DNA of 64,000 nt from a virus. The stretch lies in IMG/VR virus record IMGVR_UViG_3300046810_000466, positions 21,169 to 85,168 of that record. One strand, written 5' to 3'. Position 1 is the first letter of the stretch. The number at the start of each line of letters is the position of its first letter. Shown here piece after piece: positions 1 to 9,220 of this stretch. A program made the position numbers and the translations under genes. A model generated the notes under the pieces. The model did not search any database. It was not told the DNA's origin and saw nothing but the letters and a program-made list of their open reading frames with translations.

Positions 1-679
1 CTGGTAGATCGAAATCAAACCAGCCCTGTACCCGCACTTGTGTTTCGGGCACTACCCACAGGGAAGCCGACCCACTCATGTTCGTCAGCTTGCGCATCTT
101 AGGCAAACGATTAGCATCGAAGTACTCGTCGAATGTATCGCCATAACCGGCCACATTCTCCCGCAAGCCATGCAGGTACTTCAGAATGTACAGGTACTCT
201 TCCGGCACTCCGAAACTGTAGGTGATATCATGCAGGTTCAGATCACGGTGTTGACTGATCTTGGCCTTCATAGCCGCACGCCACTGGATGGCCTGGTTCT
301 TATTGCTGGCCCGGTACTTGACAGTGATAGTCGAATCCATCGTCGCGTAAGCCGGTTTCATGATAATGTCCAGAGCAGGATCGTAGAAGATCAACAGGTT
401 CTCTGGATCAAACATCGGTTCGTTCGGCACGCGATCGGGAGCATAGATCTCGCTCACCTCCAACTCGATTTTATCGTTGTGCACGAACATGTTCAGGTCA
501 TCGCCGTGCTCGGCAATGGCCGATTGCAATTGCTTCTGCTTCTCCATATCGCCGAAGTAAACTAAGTTCGTCTTCGGGCTAATGCCGGTCAATTGCATTA
601 ATTGGCGAACGACTTCCAGCATCACGGGACGCGTGATGCTTTCCGTGGTCTCCGGGATTGGTAACAAAGTCATTGGCAT
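1..679 (-). CDS. virion structural protein, phiKZ gp98-like (partial, runs off left edge)
   Basis: Hand-translated ORF from ATG at 679 (MPMTLLPIPETTESITRPVMLEVVRQL...) stays open to base 1; position next to the head-protein paralog cluster matches phiKZ-like synteny. Confidence 0.7.
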   Translation of the reverse strand, partial: MPMTLLPIPETTESITRPVMLEVVRQLMQLTGISPKTNLVYFGDMEKQKQLQSAIAEHGDDLNMFVHNDKIELEVSEIYAPDRVPNEPMFDPENLLIFYDPALDIIMKPAYATMDSTITVKYRASNKNQAIQWRAAMKAKISQHRDLNLHDITYSFGVPEEYLYILKYLHGLRENVAGYGDTFDEYFDANRLPKMRKLTNMSGSASLWVVPETQVRVQGWFDFDLP

Positions 680-728
680 AATCTTGCTTTCCTCTAAGTA
701 GTCTTTTTAAAGCTCATAACATCCTTTC

Positions 729-777
729 GACGGTCATACCCCTCCGCCCCGTGTAGGGAGCGGAGGAGTCATGGCGT
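729..777 (-). terminator. gene-end hairpin followed by TATGACCGT motif
   Basis: CCTCCGC-CCC..GGG-A-GCGGAGG stem directly after the stop of 780..2126. Confidence 0.6.
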
Positions 778-779
778 GA

Positions 780-2126
780 TTACATACCGGCGGGTTTGAA
801 ATCCTGCGAACCTTCTTTGGCAGCTTTTGGCACATACATCTTGATCGACTGCTCGACCATGTTCAGAACTGCCTCAAACGTACCCATGGTGCGCTTGGTC
901 AAATCCGTCATGGGTTGCGTCGCCAGCTGACAGTACACGTTCGGCAGGTTCAACATGACATTCAACGTCGTACGGGCTTCTGGGTTCACTTCCGCTGCGC
1001 CATCCAGACGTTTGCTGACGTCTTCGATGACTTTGCCGAACTTACCACTGACATCTTCCATCCGGCTGGTTTGCGCCTTCTCCAGCTCGCTCATCAGTAC
1101 CAGTCCTTTCTGGACCGACTCCAGCGCGAGCTTCATACCAGACACTTTGAATGCCGGCATGGTCAGATGGTTCGACGGCGCCGCTTCACGTTCTTGCGTT
1201 ACGTGGCAACGAGCGATGGTCAGATCACGCAGCACTTGCGCAATCGGCTGATCACTCTTACGGTCCAGGAAGAAGGTGTTCATCAGGTTACCCCAAGTGA
1301 ACGAGACCCGGCAGCTGCCAGCCAACGGAGGCGACGTCGCTGTGAAGGTATTGGTGATGTGGCTGTCGATCGTATCGCGCTTGAAGTCCTTCACGCCGAA
1401 GGCATCGAAGTAACGCCAGAATGCCGGGATGATCTTTTCTGCCACTGTCTTCTGCAACGTTTCGTTGGTCGAGTCAGGTTGAACAGATTCGATCGTGGTC
1501 ATCATGGCCTGTGCCATGTTGGTGATCACCACAGGGCCGTCACGGAAGTTCTTGCGAACGTTCTTGAAGATGTCTTGCATCACCACCGAAAACGATTTGG
1601 TATCGAGCAGCTTCTGACCAGGCAAGGTGAAGATCTTGCCATCACGCATCGGCACATTGATGACGGGATTGGGTTGCAGCGGTTCTTCGGTCAGGTCGTT
1701 GATCTTGGTGCTCAGTTCTTCTGCGCGGTGGTTCAAGTAGTTGCGGTAGCTGAAGATGCGCTGGAAGAAGTTGGTAATGAAACCCCACGCTTTCTTCAGC
1801 AGCTCCACAATCTTCTTCCACACATCGCTGACATGATCCGCGATGGATTCGCAGGTAGGTGTATAGTCCACCACCGTTACCGAACCGGTCAGGGTATTAC
1901 CCATGCCTGTCACGATATCGTTCAATGCCAACAGTTCAGCGTTGTCGAAATCGCGAGCCATGGCTTTGGCATCCTGATAAATCACAGCCACTTCAGAAGT
2001 GGTGGTCATGGTCGTCAGGGTAGCGGAAAGGTTTGCAGCTTCTTGATCCGTTTCGTCGGACAGAATGGCAGCTTCTTCGACGGAGAGGTTCAAGCTTTCA
2101 GGCGGTGGGAGTGATCCGGAACGCAT
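780..2126 (-). CDS. internal head protein, phiKZ gp93-97-like paralog family
   Basis: 448 aa; acidic propeptide with LSVEE site, then 'DVWKKIVELLKKAWGFITNFFQRIF' amphipathic helix shared with neighbouring ORFs. Confidence 0.75.
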   Translation of the reverse strand: MRSGSLPPPESLNLSVEEAAILSDETDQEAANLSATLTTMTTTSEVAVIYQDAKAMARDFDNAELLALNDIVTGMGNTLTGSVTVVDYTPTCESIADHVSDVWKKIVELLKKAWGFITNFFQRIFSYRNYLNHRAEELSTKINDLTEEPLQPNPVINVPMRDGKIFTLPGQKLLDTKSFSVVMQDIFKNVRKNFRDGPVVITNMAQAMMTTIESVQPDSTNETLQKTVAEKIIPAFWRYFDAFGVKDFKRDTIDSHITNTFTATSPPLAGSCRVSFTWGNLMNTFFLDRKSDQPIAQVLRDLTIARCHVTQEREAAPSNHLTMPAFKVSGMKLALESVQKGLVLMSELEKAQTSRMEDVSGKFGKVIEDVSKRLDGAAEVNPEARTTLNVMLNLPNVYCQLATQPMTDLTKRTMGTFEAVLNMVEQSIKMYVPKAAKEGSQDFKPAGM

Positions 2127-2185
2127 GGTAAACTTTCATGTAAAGGGTTGGGTCGTTCTTCATAAAAATAGCAATACATTATCAA

Positions 2186-2230
2186 ACGGCATAAAGAACA
2201 CCACCACTCCGAAGAGCAGTAGTGTTCTCT
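2186..2230 (-). terminator. gene-end hairpin followed by TTATGCCGT motif
   Basis: AGAACAC..GTGTTCT imperfect stem after the stop at 2245. Confidence 0.6.
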
Positions 2231-2244
2231 ACGTCTAACCGAAG

Positions 2245-3654
2245 TTAGTACTGTGCCAGCGATTTCTCGACCAGCACCAGCGACACGCGGACGGTCTGGT
2301 AGACCTTCTTCGACACCGGCATGGTCAGGTCGGAGACCCAACGCGTCAGCGAGGTGTTGAAGTTGGCCATGGCCTTCATGGCGTCGACAGCGTAGGCACG
2401 CTCAGCGCGGCCGGCTTCATCGTTACCAGCCAGCTTACCCACGGCTGCAGCAGCAGTGCCGCCGCCTTCCAGCAGGTCAGCGCGGGTCTTCTCGATCGCC
2501 TTGGAGTCGGCACTGCCTTCGTGGGCAACAACCTTCTTGATCAGGGCTTCCGCCGCATTCAGCGTCGCGTCCATTTCCTGGTACGACATGGTGACGAATG
2601 CATTGGTGCTGCTGATCAGGGCGGCACGACCTTGGCGGGCTTCGATCTTCACGCCGCTGTTGCGCAGCGCTGCCACGATCTGGGCGTCGGACAGGTCCTT
2701 GGTCTTGTTCTTGTCGAGGCGGTGAGCGACGACGTTGAAGCAGCCCAGGTAACCGGTCGGCGGGTTCGATGGCAGGTTGGTGAAGTTGTTCTTCTGCAGG
2801 CCGACAGCGATGGTTTTGATCGCTTCAGCAGCCTTGTGCGGATCGTACTTCTTCAGTTCCGAAGCCACCTGGTCGCCCATGGACTTGCAGTCCTTCAGGT
2901 ACGGACCGAACGCGTAGGTTGCCAGTGTGCTCAGTTCGCCCATGCCCTTGCCCAGTTCCTTGGCGTCTTTGATGACGTAGTCCGGATAGGAGATGGCATT
3001 GGTGCCGACGTTGACCGTGATCTGGCCCAGCTTCGGCTTGTCGCCGCCGGCCTTCTTCTTGGTGCCGACCAGTTCCTTCAGCACCTTGATGCGGTGCAGC
3101 AGGCGCGGCGCAACCATGAAGATGCGCTTGAAGAACTCGGTGATGGTGCCCCAGATGTTCAGGCAGAACTGGCGGATGTTATTCCAGACTTCCTGGGCGT
3201 GCTGGCGGATGTTCTCCACGAAGCTTTCCAGAGCCAGTTGCTTTTCTTCCGGGGTACCGACCAGCAGCGGTTCAGCCGATGGGATGACGTCGTCCGGATT
3301 GCCATCGGAACCGGCCACTGCCATTTCGGAGGCGGTGTCGATCAGCATGGCTTGTTCCGGAGTCAGCTCTTTCACTTCGCTGACGGTGTCAGCAACGTTG
3401 AGCATGACGTCGGTGACGTCTTCAACACGGGTCGTTTCAGCAACGTCCTGGTTGACTTGGGTTTGCAGGGCATCTGCTTCTTGCAGCGCCATGACTTCTT
3501 CTTCCACGGACAACATGGAACGACCTTCCAGGATCTGGTCGATCGACATGCTCTCGATGGAGAGAGTGCCGTTGCCCGCATTGGTGTCGATGCCGCCTGG
3601 ATTGGCAGCATGGGCAGCAGGAGCAGCAGTTTTGTTCAGATATTGACGACGCAT
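2245..3654 (-). CDS. internal head protein, phiKZ gp93-97-like paralog family
   Basis: Start MRRQY at 3654; LSIES/LSVEE/LALES putative prohead-protease sites; 'VWNNIRQFCLNIWGTITEFFKRIF' family helix. Confidence 0.75.
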   Translation of the reverse strand: MRRQYLNKTAAPAAHAANPGGIDTNAGNGTLSIESMSIDQILEGRSMLSVEEEVMALQEADALQTQVNQDVAETTRVEDVTDVMLNVADTVSEVKELTPEQAMLIDTASEMAVAGSDGNPDDVIPSAEPLLVGTPEEKQLALESFVENIRQHAQEVWNNIRQFCLNIWGTITEFFKRIFMVAPRLLHRIKVLKELVGTKKKAGGDKPKLGQITVNVGTNAISYPDYVIKDAKELGKGMGELSTLATYAFGPYLKDCKSMGDQVASELKKYDPHKAAEAIKTIAVGLQKNNFTNLPSNPPTGYLGCFNVVAHRLDKNKTKDLSDAQIVAALRNSGVKIEARQGRAALISSTNAFVTMSYQEMDATLNAAEALIKKVVAHEGSADSKAIEKTRADLLEGGGTAAAAVGKLAGNDEAGRAERAYAVDAMKAMANFNTSLTRWVSDLTMPVSKKVYQTVRVSLVLVEKSLAQY

Positions 3655-3688
3655 CACTGTTACCTTTAAGTGAGGATTCGGGTAATTG

Positions 3689-3737
3689 AAAAAAAGAAGT
3701 AACACCCTTCACCCTCGTTGTTGCTGAGAGTGAAGGG
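3689..3737 (-). terminator. intrinsic terminator
   Basis: CCCTTCAC/GTGAAGGG stem with a T-run downstream on the minus strand. Confidence 0.65.
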
Positions 3738-3755
3738 CATTAACTTACCGCTTGA

Positions 3756-5150
3756 TTAGGCGGCCGCTTCAGCAGGCTTGGCGCCTTCAGCGGGTTTGGC
3801 TTCTTCTTTCTTTGGGGCGGCGCCGTACTGCTTCAGCGATTGCTCGCCGTATTGCAGGACGTAGCTGCCGGCGTTCAGCACGAAAGCGGCGATCGGAGGC
3901 GCAGCGTTGACCACCATGGACATGGCGCCCTTGGCGATAGCGCGAGCGTCGGCGTCAGCGATGGCGCCTTCAACTGGTTTGCCGTCGGCACCCTTGCCGC
4001 CTTCTTTGGCTTTCTTCTCGGCAGCAGCGATCACTGCGCTAGCAGCGGTCTCGGCTTCCTTCTGGGCTTTCTTGTAGCCCAGCACCAGGTCGGCGGCTTC
4101 GGAGATCTTCTTGGCAGCGGTGCCGACGTCGACAGCCGACAGGGTTGGCAGTTGGGTCTTGTCCGCTACTTTCTTCGACGCATCGAACACGCCCAGCTTG
4201 TAGCCGGCCTTGCCGATTGCTGCAGCACTGGTGCCGTCGGATGGGATGGTTGCGATCACAGCCTTGTTACCTGGCAGCGCTTCGCCTTTCCACAGTTCCA
4301 GACCTTCGCCAGGTGCCGAGGCGCCGACCGATGCTGGGTCGCCGACTTTGGTGAAGCCTTGGCCGGTCATCTTACGCGCTTCAGCGGTCAGGAAGGACAG
4401 GGCGTCAGCGCCGCCTTGTTCGATCGACTTGGCAGCGCCGGTGGCGAAGCTGGCAGCGTGGTTAGCCATGGCCGACAGGACAGATGCTTCTTGCACGATG
4501 GCTTGTGCGGCGGCGCCGACGTTGACGGTACCGTTGATGTGCAGGTTTTCAGCCAGCTTCTGGCTTTCGAAGGTCTTCGAGGTGGCTTCACCTTTGGTCG
4601 CGCCGGCGGCGGAGACGACCTTGTCAGCACGGGCCTTCATCTTGGTAGCGGTGTCGAAAATGCGGTTCCAGATGGCAACGATGGCTTTGGCCGCATTGCG
4701 GAACATTTCCAGGATCGCGCCCCACAGCTCGCCGGCTTTCTCGGCCAGGCCTTCAGCGGACAGCTGGGTGGTGCCAGCACGGCCGGCGGTGCCGCCGAAC
4801 GATTCGACCGACAGGGTCTTGTGGTTTTCGGGCAGACCCAGGCGACGGTTCCAGGATGCGTGCATTTGGTTCAGCAGGATGGCGCCGTTGCGGTCCAGGC
4901 CGCCGTTGGAGGCGATGATGCGCAGCGATTCGGTGGCGGCTTCCATTTCACCAGCAACTTCAGCAGCGGCGTCGACGGCGCCTTCGGTGTTGTCGATTTC
5001 GACGATGTCGTTGTTCACTTCGACCAGATCGGCTTCCAGGCTATCGGCACCGGCTTCGATCGGCGCTGCCGGCGCTTCTTCGCCCGGTGGTACTGCTACT
5101 GCTTCGATTTCTTCACGTGCCAGATTGGCGTAGATACGGTGGTTACGCAT
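3756..5150 (-). CDS. abundant internal head protein, phiKZ gp93-97-like paralog family
   Basis: 464 aa, Ala-rich, strong codon bias; LSVES/LSAEG sites; 'LWGAILEMFRNAAKAIVAIWNRIF' family helix. Confidence 0.75.
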   Translation of the reverse strand: MRNHRIYANLAREEIEAVAVPPGEEAPAAPIEAGADSLEADLVEVNNDIVEIDNTEGAVDAAAEVAGEMEAATESLRIIASNGGLDRNGAILLNQMHASWNRRLGLPENHKTLSVESFGGTAGRAGTTQLSAEGLAEKAGELWGAILEMFRNAAKAIVAIWNRIFDTATKMKARADKVVSAAGATKGEATSKTFESQKLAENLHINGTVNVGAAAQAIVQEASVLSAMANHAASFATGAAKSIEQGGADALSFLTAEARKMTGQGFTKVGDPASVGASAPGEGLELWKGEALPGNKAVIATIPSDGTSAAAIGKAGYKLGVFDASKKVADKTQLPTLSAVDVGTAAKKISEAADLVLGYKKAQKEAETAASAVIAAAEKKAKEGGKGADGKPVEGAIADADARAIAKGAMSMVVNAAPPIAAFVLNAGSYVLQYGEQSLKQYGAAPKKEEAKPAEGAKPAEAAA

Positions 5151-5229
5151 GTTGGTAATACTCCCATTGCAATGGATTTGAGGAAAAAGAAATAAATAAC
5201 TACTTCATTCCGCGCGGAATATGAAACGA

Positions 5230-5277
5230 TGGCTGGCTTGCCACTATACTATCTACTAGGAAGGGGCAAGCCAGCCA
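5230..5277. repeat. 13-bp perfect inverted repeat with 22-nt spacer
   Basis: TGGCTGGCTTGCC ... GGCAAGCCAGCCA between the stop of 5285..5896 and the start of 3756..5150. Confidence 0.7.
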
Positions 5278-5284
5278 AGGGGAA

Positions 5285-5896
5285 CTAGCCTTCGACTTCG
5301 CCGAACAAAACGTGCAACGTTTGGATCATGTCAGCGAAACCGTTAGGATGGGAACACCAGCGTTGGATAACGTCGATCAGCGCCACATTGCGGGCTGACT
5401 TGTTGTCATCCACAAAGAACCAGGTAAAGGAACCGTCGTCTTTGGTTTGGTTGTGGGTGATATCCATGGTGGACAACATGGTCGTCCAGGCATGCAAACC
5501 AACTGCACGTTTGCCGGTTTGGATGAACTCGAGCGTGTTGCGCAAGAACTCCATATGCATATCACCCGTGGAAGGACCATTCTGCTGGATCATGACCCAT
5601 TCCAGGAAGTCCGAAGTGCCGAAAGCGTTGAGCGCAATGCGCAACACCTTCTCACGGAACTCCATGTCATCGATCGAATGATGATGGTCGTTCATGTGAC
5701 GCCACATGCTTTCGATGTTGCGGTTCACTTCCTTCGGATTGGTCAAGCCTTTGAACCAGTCCGGGTGGTAGTTATGGGTCTTCAGCGCTGCTGCGCCGGC
5801 GCGTTCGGTAGGCTTGATCTGCTCACCCAGGCTTGCGCCCAAGAAGCCACGCGGATAGATCCGGTAGCCCTTGTAAGAAGGTGCGGTATCAGGCAT
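5285..5896 (-). CDS. conserved phiKZ-like protein (gp91/92 position)
   Basis: 203 aa ORF, overlaps upstream stop, GAGGAG RBS; synteny. Confidence 0.65.
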   Translation of the reverse strand: MPDTAPSYKGYRIYPRGFLGASLGEQIKPTERAGAAALKTHNYHPDWFKGLTNPKEVNRNIESMWRHMNDHHHSIDDMEFREKVLRIALNAFGTSDFLEWVMIQQNGPSTGDMHMEFLRNTLEFIQTGKRAVGLHAWTTMLSTMDITHNQTKDDGSFTWFFVDDNKSARNVALIDVIQRWCSHPNGFADMIQTLHVLFGEVEG

Positions 5897-6803
5897 ATTG
5901 CTCCTCGGTCTTACGCAGCAGCGCGCTCAGGTCTTCGATGCGTTTCTGGTTGTGTTCCAGTTGCTTCTCGATCGACGGATCTTTCTTACCCTGGAGCAGA
6001 CGTTCCATGCGCAGGCGGCGCAGTTCCAGCGCTTCCTTCTCGGCCTTGGCCTTTTCGTAGCGCAGGTGCTGCCATTCAGCCACTGCCATGCGGACATGGT
6101 AGATCGGGTTCATGAACAGCGGCACCACGCCGTGGCGGAACGGATCGAGCTTGGACAGGCCGATGCTGTTGGAGACCACTTGGTCGCCGCTGGCAGTGAT
6201 GACCACGTCGGGGATGGCTTCGAAGTCAGTACGCAGCTTGTCCGATGGTTTGGACAAGGTGTCCATCACTGCACAGAAGTCCAGGAAGCGGTCGCTCACG
6301 TAGCGCACCTCGGCTGGGGTCAGGATGGTTGCTGCATCGTCTGCTTCTTCTTCGTCATCGTCCAGGCGAATCTCGGCGGACTCCACCACGGTGACGTAGT
6401 TCAGGTAGCGCAGGGCGAAGTCGGATGCGAACGAAACCGACTCCAGCATCTGCAGAACGGCCGCCTTGTAGTAGGTGATGCCGGCGCCTTCGATGTCGTC
6501 GCTGTAGTCTTTCTCGACCAGCTTCTCGATCAGGTCCAGCGTCGCCAGCATTGGCTTCAACGTTTTCTCGATTGCGGCGATGGTGTTGGCGCCGTTGGCA
6601 CCTTTCACATTGCGGCGATAGACTTCCCAGTCTTTCAACAGACCAGGGTTAGCCAGCTTGCGGCTGCCGAACAGACGCATCGAGCTTTCATAGCTCGGCA
6701 CCGTGATGGCAGTCAGCACCAGGCGAGTTGTGCGGATGTCTTCCAGCACCGTTTGCTTGGCAAAGTTCGGCAGGAGGGACCGCAGGAAGTTAAGTGCTTT
6801 CAT
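5889..6803 (-). CDS. virion structural protein, phiKZ gp90-like
   Basis: 304 aa; 'NPIYHVRMAVAEWQ' followed by C-terminal coiled coil; synteny. Confidence 0.7.
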   Translation of the reverse strand: MKALNFLRSLLPNFAKQTVLEDIRTTRLVLTAITVPSYESSMRLFGSRKLANPGLLKDWEVYRRNVKGANGANTIAAIEKTLKPMLATLDLIEKLVEKDYSDDIEGAGITYYKAAVLQMLESVSFASDFALRYLNYVTVVESAEIRLDDDEEEADDAATILTPAEVRYVSDRFLDFCAVMDTLSKPSDKLRTDFEAIPDVVITASGDQVVSNSIGLSKLDPFRHGVVPLFMNPIYHVRMAVAEWQHLRYEKAKAEKEALELRRLRMERLLQGKKDPSIEKQLEHNQKRIEDLSALLRKTEEQYA

Positions 6804-6824
6804 GTTGTTATGTGCCGGTTTTAG

Positions 6825-8087
6825 TTAGAGGGATGGTGCATGACCGCCCATCAGGGCTTTCAGGATGTCACCGATGTCAGGACCGCTACCTTTGTTCGAC
6901 GCCTTCAGGTCCTTGATGCGGACGGTGGTTGGCATCGCGATGTTGCGGTGGTAGAAGGTAACGTTGTTGTAGTCGACTTCGTCCACGACCGCCATCATCA
7001 TCAGCGAGGTCTGTTTGAACATGCGCTGACGGATGTCGAACTTCGCCAGCTTGCCTTCCAGTTGCAGCTCGAGCTGTTCGGCGGTGTCCTTGGTGATGAC
7101 CACCATGTTGGTGGACGACGCGATGGTTGGCGAACCGGATACCAGGGTCGACAGTTTGTTGTTCAGGTTGGTGCGGCCGATGTTACCCAGTGTGCCGGAC
7201 GGATCCTTCAGCAGATCGGAGCGGTGTTTGTCCACCAGATCGTTGCACAAGACCAGGTCTTTCCAGAACGACAGGCGACCGGACTTCCAGCCGTGCCAGC
7301 GCTCTTTGAACGAGTTGTCTTCGCTGCCCGTGGCTAAAATATGAATCAGATCCGGACCTGGCAGGACCGAAGCAATCAGGCGGATGTTCACCTGGACTGG
7401 CAACGAACGCTTGCCGTCGGAGATCTGGATCTCGTACGACTTACCAACTGACAGGTTCGCCAGTTCGGTCATGGTGCGGCCGATGTCTGCTTTCGAAATG
7501 GCTTCGATCTTGCCGTCGCGCATGTCAGTGCCGTTTTCGCTGACGGACAGGTTGTTGCCTTCAGCTGCATCGGCAGTGCCCATGCCACCCATGGCGCCAG
7601 CGGTATTGCCACGGCTCTTACCGCCACTGCCGACACCACCTTCGCCGGTGCTCATGCCTGGTGTTTTCTGTGCTGCGCCGCCCAAGCTACCCAGACCGGA
7701 TTCGATCGACAGGCGCAGCTTGTTGTTGGTCGGGAACGGCAGACCGTCTTCGTAGGCTTCGGTGGCAATCATCCAGGTCGACAGACCGGCGTTAACCGGA
7801 TTACGGTTCGGGTTCAGGGTGTCGAGGCGGTCGATCACACGGATGTTGCCCATGACGTTGGACAGCGACGCTGCTTGCAGGTAGTAACCAGCGAAGATCG
7901 ACAGAAGGGATTGCTGTACTTCACCGATGCAGTCGAGGTGCATAGCAGCCTTTTCGATCAGCACCAGCGGCTCGACACGACCTACACTGGTGAAGTCCAC
8001 CAGCGAATCCGACGTACCACCACGACGCATGAGATCGCCTGCTCGGTTGAGGACGCTCAGTCCGGTATTCACGAGATCGCTATACAT
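6825..8087 (-). CDS. virion structural/head protein, phiKZ gp89-like
   Basis: 420 aa; 'SLVDFTSVGRVEPLVLI', 'DRLDTLNPNR', 'FWKDLVLCNDL'; IATEA/LSIES sites around a Gly-rich linker. Confidence 0.7.
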   Translation of the reverse strand: MYSDLVNTGLSVLNRAGDLMRRGGTSDSLVDFTSVGRVEPLVLIEKAAMHLDCIGEVQQSLLSIFAGYYLQAASLSNVMGNIRVIDRLDTLNPNRNPVNAGLSTWMIATEAYEDGLPFPTNNKLRLSIESGLGSLGGAAQKTPGMSTGEGGVGSGGKSRGNTAGAMGGMGTADAAEGNNLSVSENGTDMRDGKIEAISKADIGRTMTELANLSVGKSYEIQISDGKRSLPVQVNIRLIASVLPGPDLIHILATGSEDNSFKERWHGWKSGRLSFWKDLVLCNDLVDKHRSDLLKDPSGTLGNIGRTNLNNKLSTLVSGSPTIASSTNMVVITKDTAEQLELQLEGKLAKFDIRQRMFKQTSLMMMAVVDEVDYNNVTFYHRNIAMPTTVRIKDLKASNKGSGPDIGDILKALMGGHAPSL

Positions 8088-8123
8088 ATTACATTTTCCT
8101 TTTCAGTACAGGGGTTTTTCTAA

Positions 8124-9215
8124 ATGGCCGAATATACTTCAACTTCCAATGGCGGTCCGTTTGCCAACATAAAGGTCAAATCAGACGATGTAGACCAGGT
8201 TTTTCGTGTATCGCCCAGTGGGCAAACCACAACGGCCATCGGTGATAACTTTCGTGGATTTAACCACAGACAAGCGCCGAGTCTCATACCAATTAATAAG
8301 GATCAGTACGGGATGACGTTTTTCACCCGTCCGCGGATGAACATGACGGATGAAAATCTGCGTGTTTTGCGCAAGTTTGCGCCGCTGCTTTCGACACGTG
8401 AAGACTCGATCCAGCGGATCATTCGTTGCTGGTTGGACCCAGTGTCCAATAAGAATGGATCGATCAAAAGTCCCTACGTTGATGAATGCATGCCGTTCAT
8501 TCCGTTGCTGTCCAACTTGCTCATTAACTTGCCAGGCTGGCCAGACGAAGCGCTGCCTTACTCCACCTCACAAGAGGGTATCCGTAAGGAGCAGTTCAAT
8601 CTGGTAGACGGTACCGAAGAGATCTTGCGCACGGTTGACTTGACTGCGAACTTCCGCAACGTGTCCGGCAATCCAATCACACCGCTGTTCCGGTACTGGT
8701 TGGCATACGCTCGTGCTGTGTACTTCGGCGAAATGAATCCATACCCAGAAGCCATCCTGGAAAACGAAGTCGACTACGACACACGCATCTACCGTCTGAT
8801 CCTGGACGACAAGAAAAAACATGTACTCAACATTGGCGCCACTGGCGCCGGGTTCCCTGTCTCCAATCCGATCGGAGCACTGTTCAACCATGAAGCGGAT
8901 CAAGGCGAAGGCCTGATTAATACAGGGCTGCAACAGGTGAGTGTGCACTTCGTTAACATGGGCGCCATGTACGACGACGATATGTTGATGTGGGAATTTA
9001 ACCAGTGTTCTGAACAGTGGTTCAATCCCAGTTTGGCAGATGGCACGCGACAAACGATGTATACCAAAATTCCAATGGACGAGCTGCCGATCTTCAATTA
9101 CCGTGGTTACCCTCGCATCAATCTCGAGACTTATGAACTCGAGTGGTGGGTGCGGAACACTGAATACAGGCAGCTGGCTGGTCTTGCTAAAATCTACAAA
9201 GAAACCCGAGGATAA
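8124..9215 (+). CDS. virion structural protein, phiKZ gp88-like (tail tube/baseplate-related)
   Basis: 363 aa; 'GMTFFTRPRMNM', 'VDYDTRIYRLILD'; divergent orientation as in phiKZ-like genomes. Confidence 0.7.
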   Translation: MAEYTSTSNGGPFANIKVKSDDVDQVFRVSPSGQTTTAIGDNFRGFNHRQAPSLIPINKDQYGMTFFTRPRMNMTDENLRVLRKFAPLLSTREDSIQRIIRCWLDPVSNKNGSIKSPYVDECMPFIPLLSNLLINLPGWPDEALPYSTSQEGIRKEQFNLVDGTEEILRTVDLTANFRNVSGNPITPLFRYWLAYARAVYFGEMNPYPEAILENEVDYDTRIYRLILDDKKKHVLNIGATGAGFPVSNPIGALFNHEADQGEGLINTGLQQVSVHFVNMGAMYDDDMLMWEFNQCSEQWFNPSLADGTRQTMYTKIPMDELPIFNYRGYPRINLETYELEWWVRNTEYRQLAGLAKIYKETRG

Positions 9216-9220
9216 CTTCC

